A stretch of 63,136 nucleotides of DNA, filler included. It is 4 parts of 4 records of this genome, joined end to end, with 100 filler letters (N's around TTAATTAATTAA, not from the genome) between each part and the next. Parts side by side here need not be neighbours in the genome. Positions count along the whole stretch, not along the records: positions 57,515 to 63,136 come from SRR20825010_660; 3 more parts are not named here. The stretch is one strand, 5' to 3'. The notes beneath the pieces are model-generated. The model had not been told where the DNA came from. It did no database searches and saw only the letters and a list, made by a program, of their open reading frames with translations. Numbering within the stretch: the first letter of the stretch is position 1; every line of letters starts with the position of its first letter. The position numbers and the translations under genes are program-made. Of the stretch, positions 60,006 to 63,136 are shown in pieces.

Positions 60006-61556
60006 ATGCGGAGCGTTGAGATGATTGAACACGACCACAGCCGCAGGCCGGCGCTTCGAGCCCGACGTTTGGGAATCGATACGTATCGAGAGAACGTCAT
60101 CTACATGCATGCCGAGTGCGAAGTGTGCCGGTCCGAGGGCTTTGAGTCGCAGGCACGTGTGCTCGTGTCGTCGGGGTCGGCTCGCATCCCGGCAACGCTC
60201 AATGTCATCACTTCGGACCTCTTGCATCCCGGAGAGGCGGGGCTCTCCGAGGTGGCGTGGAGTGCCCTCAACGCGTCCGAGGGTCAGTCACTTCGAGTTG
60301 AGCACATGCCCCCGCCAATCTCCATGAGCCACGTCCGAGCCAAGGTCTACGGCCGCCAGCTCGGCATCGATGAGTACAAGGCAATCGTGGACGACGTCGT
60401 CGCTGGCCGCCTCTCCAGCATCGAGATCGCGGCGTTCTTGACTGCAAGCGCCGTGGACCGACTCAGTCCGGAGGAGGTGGCGTCGCTCACCGCGGCGATG
60501 CTCGCCGCCGGCGAGAGGCTCACGTGGCCGAGCGAGGTTGTGGCGGACAAGCACTGCATCGGCGGTTTGCCGGGAAATCGAACAACGCCGATTGTCGTGG
60601 CGATCGTCGCCGCGTGCGGCGGCGTCATCCCCAAGACCTCCTCCCGGGCGATCACGTCACCCGCGGGAACGGCGGACGTGATGGAAACGCTTGCGCCAGT
60701 CGATCTCGATCTCAGATCGATGCGGCGCGTGGTCGAGTCGGAGGGCGGATGCATCGCATGGGGCGGGGCGGTCGCGCTGAGCCCAGCCGACGACGTGCTG
60801 ATTCGGGTCGAGCGTCCGCTCGATCTCGATAGCGAGGGGCAGCTCGTCGCGTCCGTCCTCTCCAAGAAGGCAGCCGCAGGCTCAACCCACGTTGTTATCG
60901 ATATGCCCGTCGGCCCGACTGCGAAGATACGAACGCAAGAGGCTGCTGCGAGCCTGCGGTCGTTGTTCGAGTCGGTTGCCGAGCGAGTCGGTCTGCGCTT
61001 ACGGGTCGTCGAAACCGACGGGAGAGCGCCGGTCGGACGCGGCATCGGCCCGGCGCTGGAAGCCCACGATGTGCTCGCCGTGCTCCGCCAAACGTCCGAC
61101 GCTCCCCCCGATCTGCGCGACCGAGCACTCGCCCTGGCGGGCAGCGTCCTGGAGCTCACGGACTTTGCGGCGGAAGGCACAGGCAAGGCCATCGCGAGCC
61201 AGACCCTGCGGAGCGGGCGGGCGCTTATGAAGTTCGAACGTATCTGTGAGGCCCAGGGCGGCCTGCGCCAACCCCCGGTGGCGTCACAGACGCGCGCCGT
61301 CGTCGCCCAAGCTGAGGGGATCGTCACGTCAATCGACAATCGGAGGCTGGCCAGAGCGGCCAAGCTCGCGGGCGCCCCGCGAGATGCGGCGGCTGGGATC
61401 GCCCTGGAGGTTGACATCGGCGATGTCGTCGAGCGTGGACAGCCGCTCTTCACACTCCACGCAGACAGTCTGGGCGAGCTGGCCTACGCCGCCGAGTACG
61501 TCAACTCCCAAAGTCCGATCGTGACGGTCGGCCCAGAATCAGGAGAATCGCCATGA
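60006..61556 (+). CDS. AMP phosphorylase-like long thymidine phosphorylase family protein
   Basis: N-terminal RRLGIDTY..VIYM...C double-psi-like domain, DKHCIGGLPGNRTT, PKTSSRAITSPAGTAD, SVLSKK, GRGIGPALEA, KLAGAP. Confidence 0.9.
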   Translation: MRSVEMIEHDHSRRPALRARRLGIDTYRENVIYMHAECEVCRSEGFESQARVLVSSGSARIPATLNVITSDLLHPGEAGLSEVAWSALNASEGQSLRVEHMPPPISMSHVRAKVYGRQLGIDEYKAIVDDVVAGRLSSIEIAAFLTASAVDRLSPEEVASLTAAMLAAGERLTWPSEVVADKHCIGGLPGNRTTPIVVAIVAACGGVIPKTSSRAITSPAGTADVMETLAPVDLDLRSMRRVVESEGGCIAWGGAVALSPADDVLIRVERPLDLDSEGQLVASVLSKKAAAGSTHVVIDMPVGPTAKIRTQEAAASLRSLFESVAERVGLRLRVVETDGRAPVGRGIGPALEAHDVLAVLRQTSDAPPDLRDRALALAGSVLELTDFAAEGTGKAIASQTLRSGRALMKFERICEAQGGLRQPPVASQTRAVVAQAEGIVTSIDNRRLARAAKLAGAPRDAAAGIALEVDIGDVVERGQPLFTLHADSLGELAYAAEYVNSQSPIVTVGPESGESP

Positions 61557-62512
61557 GCACTCTTCTTGTCCCTCTCCCAGGTAATGAGCTCATCGCTGCG
61601 TCGCTGGCGGGCATGTTGCGAGCAGATGTCGGGCCGGTCAAGTTCCACCACTTCCCGGATGGCGAGACATACGTACGCTTTGATACAGATGTCACCGGCA
61701 AGACGGTCTGGCTCGTCTGCACACTGGATCGCCCCGACCCGAAGTTCGTACCGCTGATGATCACGGCGGAGACGGCGAAGGACCTCGGCGCTTCGCGCGT
61801 GGGCCTCATCGCGCCCTACCTGGCGTACATGCGCCAGGACACGCGGTTCCGCCCGGGCGAGGCCGTCAGCAGCGCCTACTTTGCGAGCGTGCTCTCGTGC
61901 ATCGTCGACGCGATGGTGACGGTGGATCCTCATCTGCACCGGCGCAGCTCGCTGAATGAGATCTACCGCATTCCCACGGCCATTGTGCACGCTGCACCTA
62001 TCGTCGCGGACTGGATCCGTCGCGAGATCGCGAAGCCGCTGCTGGTCGGTCCCGACGCTGAGAGCGAACAGTGGGTTGCGGAAGTGGCCAAGCTCGCCGA
62101 CGCTCCGCACATCGTCCTTCGGAAGAACCGGCGAGGGGATCGCGATGTTGAGGTGTCCGTTCCTGATGTGGAGCGGTGGTCCGGGCACACGCCCGTGCTG
62201 GTGGACGACATCGCCTCGACCGCGCACACGATGATCGAGACCGTGGGCCACCTCCGACGTGCCGGCATGTCGCCCCCGGTCTGTGTCGCAGTACACGCGA
62301 TCTTTGCCGGCGATGCCTATCAACAGCTCGAAGCCGCGGGGGTGAGCCGGATCGTATCCTGCAACACAATCCCTCACCCATCGAACGCGCTCGACCTCAC
62401 GCGCATCATCGCGAGCCAGTTGCAGACGCTGAACTGGTCTACCGCCTCCTGCTGTCCCCCATCAACGCGAAGTGGGCGGGGCACTCACGAAGGGAGCAAC
62501 GAGAATGGATAA
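61553..62512 (+). CDS. prs: Ribose-phosphate pyrophosphokinase family protein
   Basis: FPDGETYVR, PYLAYMRQD..F..GE, VDPHLH, GPD, LRK.R, LVDDIASTAHT; ATGA overlap with the phosphorylase. Confidence 0.88.
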   Translation: MSTLLVPLPGNELIAASLAGMLRADVGPVKFHHFPDGETYVRFDTDVTGKTVWLVCTLDRPDPKFVPLMITAETAKDLGASRVGLIAPYLAYMRQDTRFRPGEAVSSAYFASVLSCIVDAMVTVDPHLHRRSSLNEIYRIPTAIVHAAPIVADWIRREIAKPLLVGPDAESEQWVAEVAKLADAPHIVLRKNRRGDRDVEVSVPDVERWSGHTPVLVDDIASTAHTMIETVGHLRRAGMSPPVCVAVHAIFAGDAYQQLEAAGVSRIVSCNTIPHPSNALDLTRIIASQLQTLNWSTASCCPPSTRSGRGTHEGSNENG

Positions 62513-63136
62513 TGCAGTTGCTCTCGTTCAGACATATCTTCGGCTCAACGGCTATTTCACGGTCACAGAGTTCCCGGTCATCGAGGCCATGCGTCGTGGC
62601 GGGCACCGCACAGCAACGGATATCGACGTGTTGGCGTTTCGGTTTCCGCATGCCGGACGCCTCGTTCCTAGAGAAGGCCGATCCGGCACACGCGACACAG
62701 TCATCGACGCGCCCGACCCCGCGCTCGGTGTTCCACCAGACGCGCCCGACATGCTGATCGGTGAGGTAAAGGAGGGCCGCGCTGAGCTGAACTCTGCGGC
62801 GACCGATCCGGCCGTCTTACGCGCAGTACTCGTTCGGTTCGGATGCTGTCGTCAACCCGATGTCGACGCGACGGTCCAGGACTTGGTGCGGCACGGTCGG
62901 GCTGAGACTTCACCAGGGCACACCACGCGTCTCGTCGCGTTCGGAGCGCACGCACCCGAAGGGCGCTCCCCGCATTACTCGATAGTGTTGCTGGAAACTG
63001 TCACGGCCTATCTTGAGTCGTACATCTCGTCCAATTGGGATGTCCTGCGTCACGCCGAATTCAAGGATCCCGCGTTCGGATTCCTCGTCACTCTCTTCAA
63101 GTCGGGCCATGGTCGATGGAAAGCACACCGTGGCTG
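62505..63136 (+). CDS. Hypothetical protein with PD-(D/E)XK-like motif (runs to window end; not in ORF track)
   Basis: AGGGAG RBS; 210 open codons MDNAVALVQTYLRLNGYFTVTEFPV...TDIDVLAFR...MLIGEVKEGRAELN...; window ends with TG. Confidence 0.8.
   Translation, partial: MDNAVALVQTYLRLNGYFTVTEFPVIEAMRRGGHRTATDIDVLAFRFPHAGRLVPREGRSGTRDTVIDAPDPALGVPPDAPDMLIGEVKEGRAELNSAATDPAVLRAVLVRFGCCRQPDVDATVQDLVRHGRAETSPGHTTRLVAFGAHAPEGRSPHYSIVLLETVTAYLESYISSNWDVLRHAEFKDPAFGFLVTLFKSGHGRWKAHRG

Noticed and set aside
60347..62377. Long antisense ORFs in the high-GC contig, and similar ones such as 16285-17109 and 19346-20143
   Set aside because: They lie over well-supported genes and lack motifs; expected shadow ORFs from codon bias.

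Overview
The window is four unrelated contigs joined by three 100-bp artificial linkers (N44-TTAATTAATTAA-N44 at 21479-21578, 51665-51764, 57415-57514), so nothing is linked across them. (1) 1-21478: surface-polysaccharide/LPS locus of a betaproteobacterium (Burkholderiales, Limnobacter-like by inference). It has a full CDP-3,6-dideoxyhexose (paratose/tyvelose) pathway, ugd/uxs, glycosyltransferases, Wzx, an inserted Phd-VapC module, an amino-sugar block and an O-antigen ligase. (2) 21579-51664: AT-richer Bacteroidota (Cytophagales-like) chromosome with housekeeping genes. It also has a small variable patch (32.2-34.2 kb) with hairpin plus 14-bp tandem elements at gene-truncation junctions, a 21-bp degenerate array, an ECF sigma/barrel anti-sigma pair with an unannotated 34-aa membrane ORF, and an HD-protein/ABC junction lacking the lpxD-lpxC/fabZ-lpxA genes I recall at that position. 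(3) 51765-57414: betaproteobacterial thiG-thiS, arsS, a degenerate MCP-like protein, rubredoxin (missed by the ORF track) and thiD-thiE-hemL. (4) 57515-63136: high-GC, translationally coupled operon of a CPH-type P1B ATPase, an M50 protease with a His/Cys-rich N-terminal module, an AMP-phosphorylase-like enzyme, a PRPP synthetase and a PD-(D/E)XK-like ORF (missed by the track). No rRNA, tRNA, CRISPR array or transposase was seen. Taxonomy and family assignments are from motif recognition only, with no database search.
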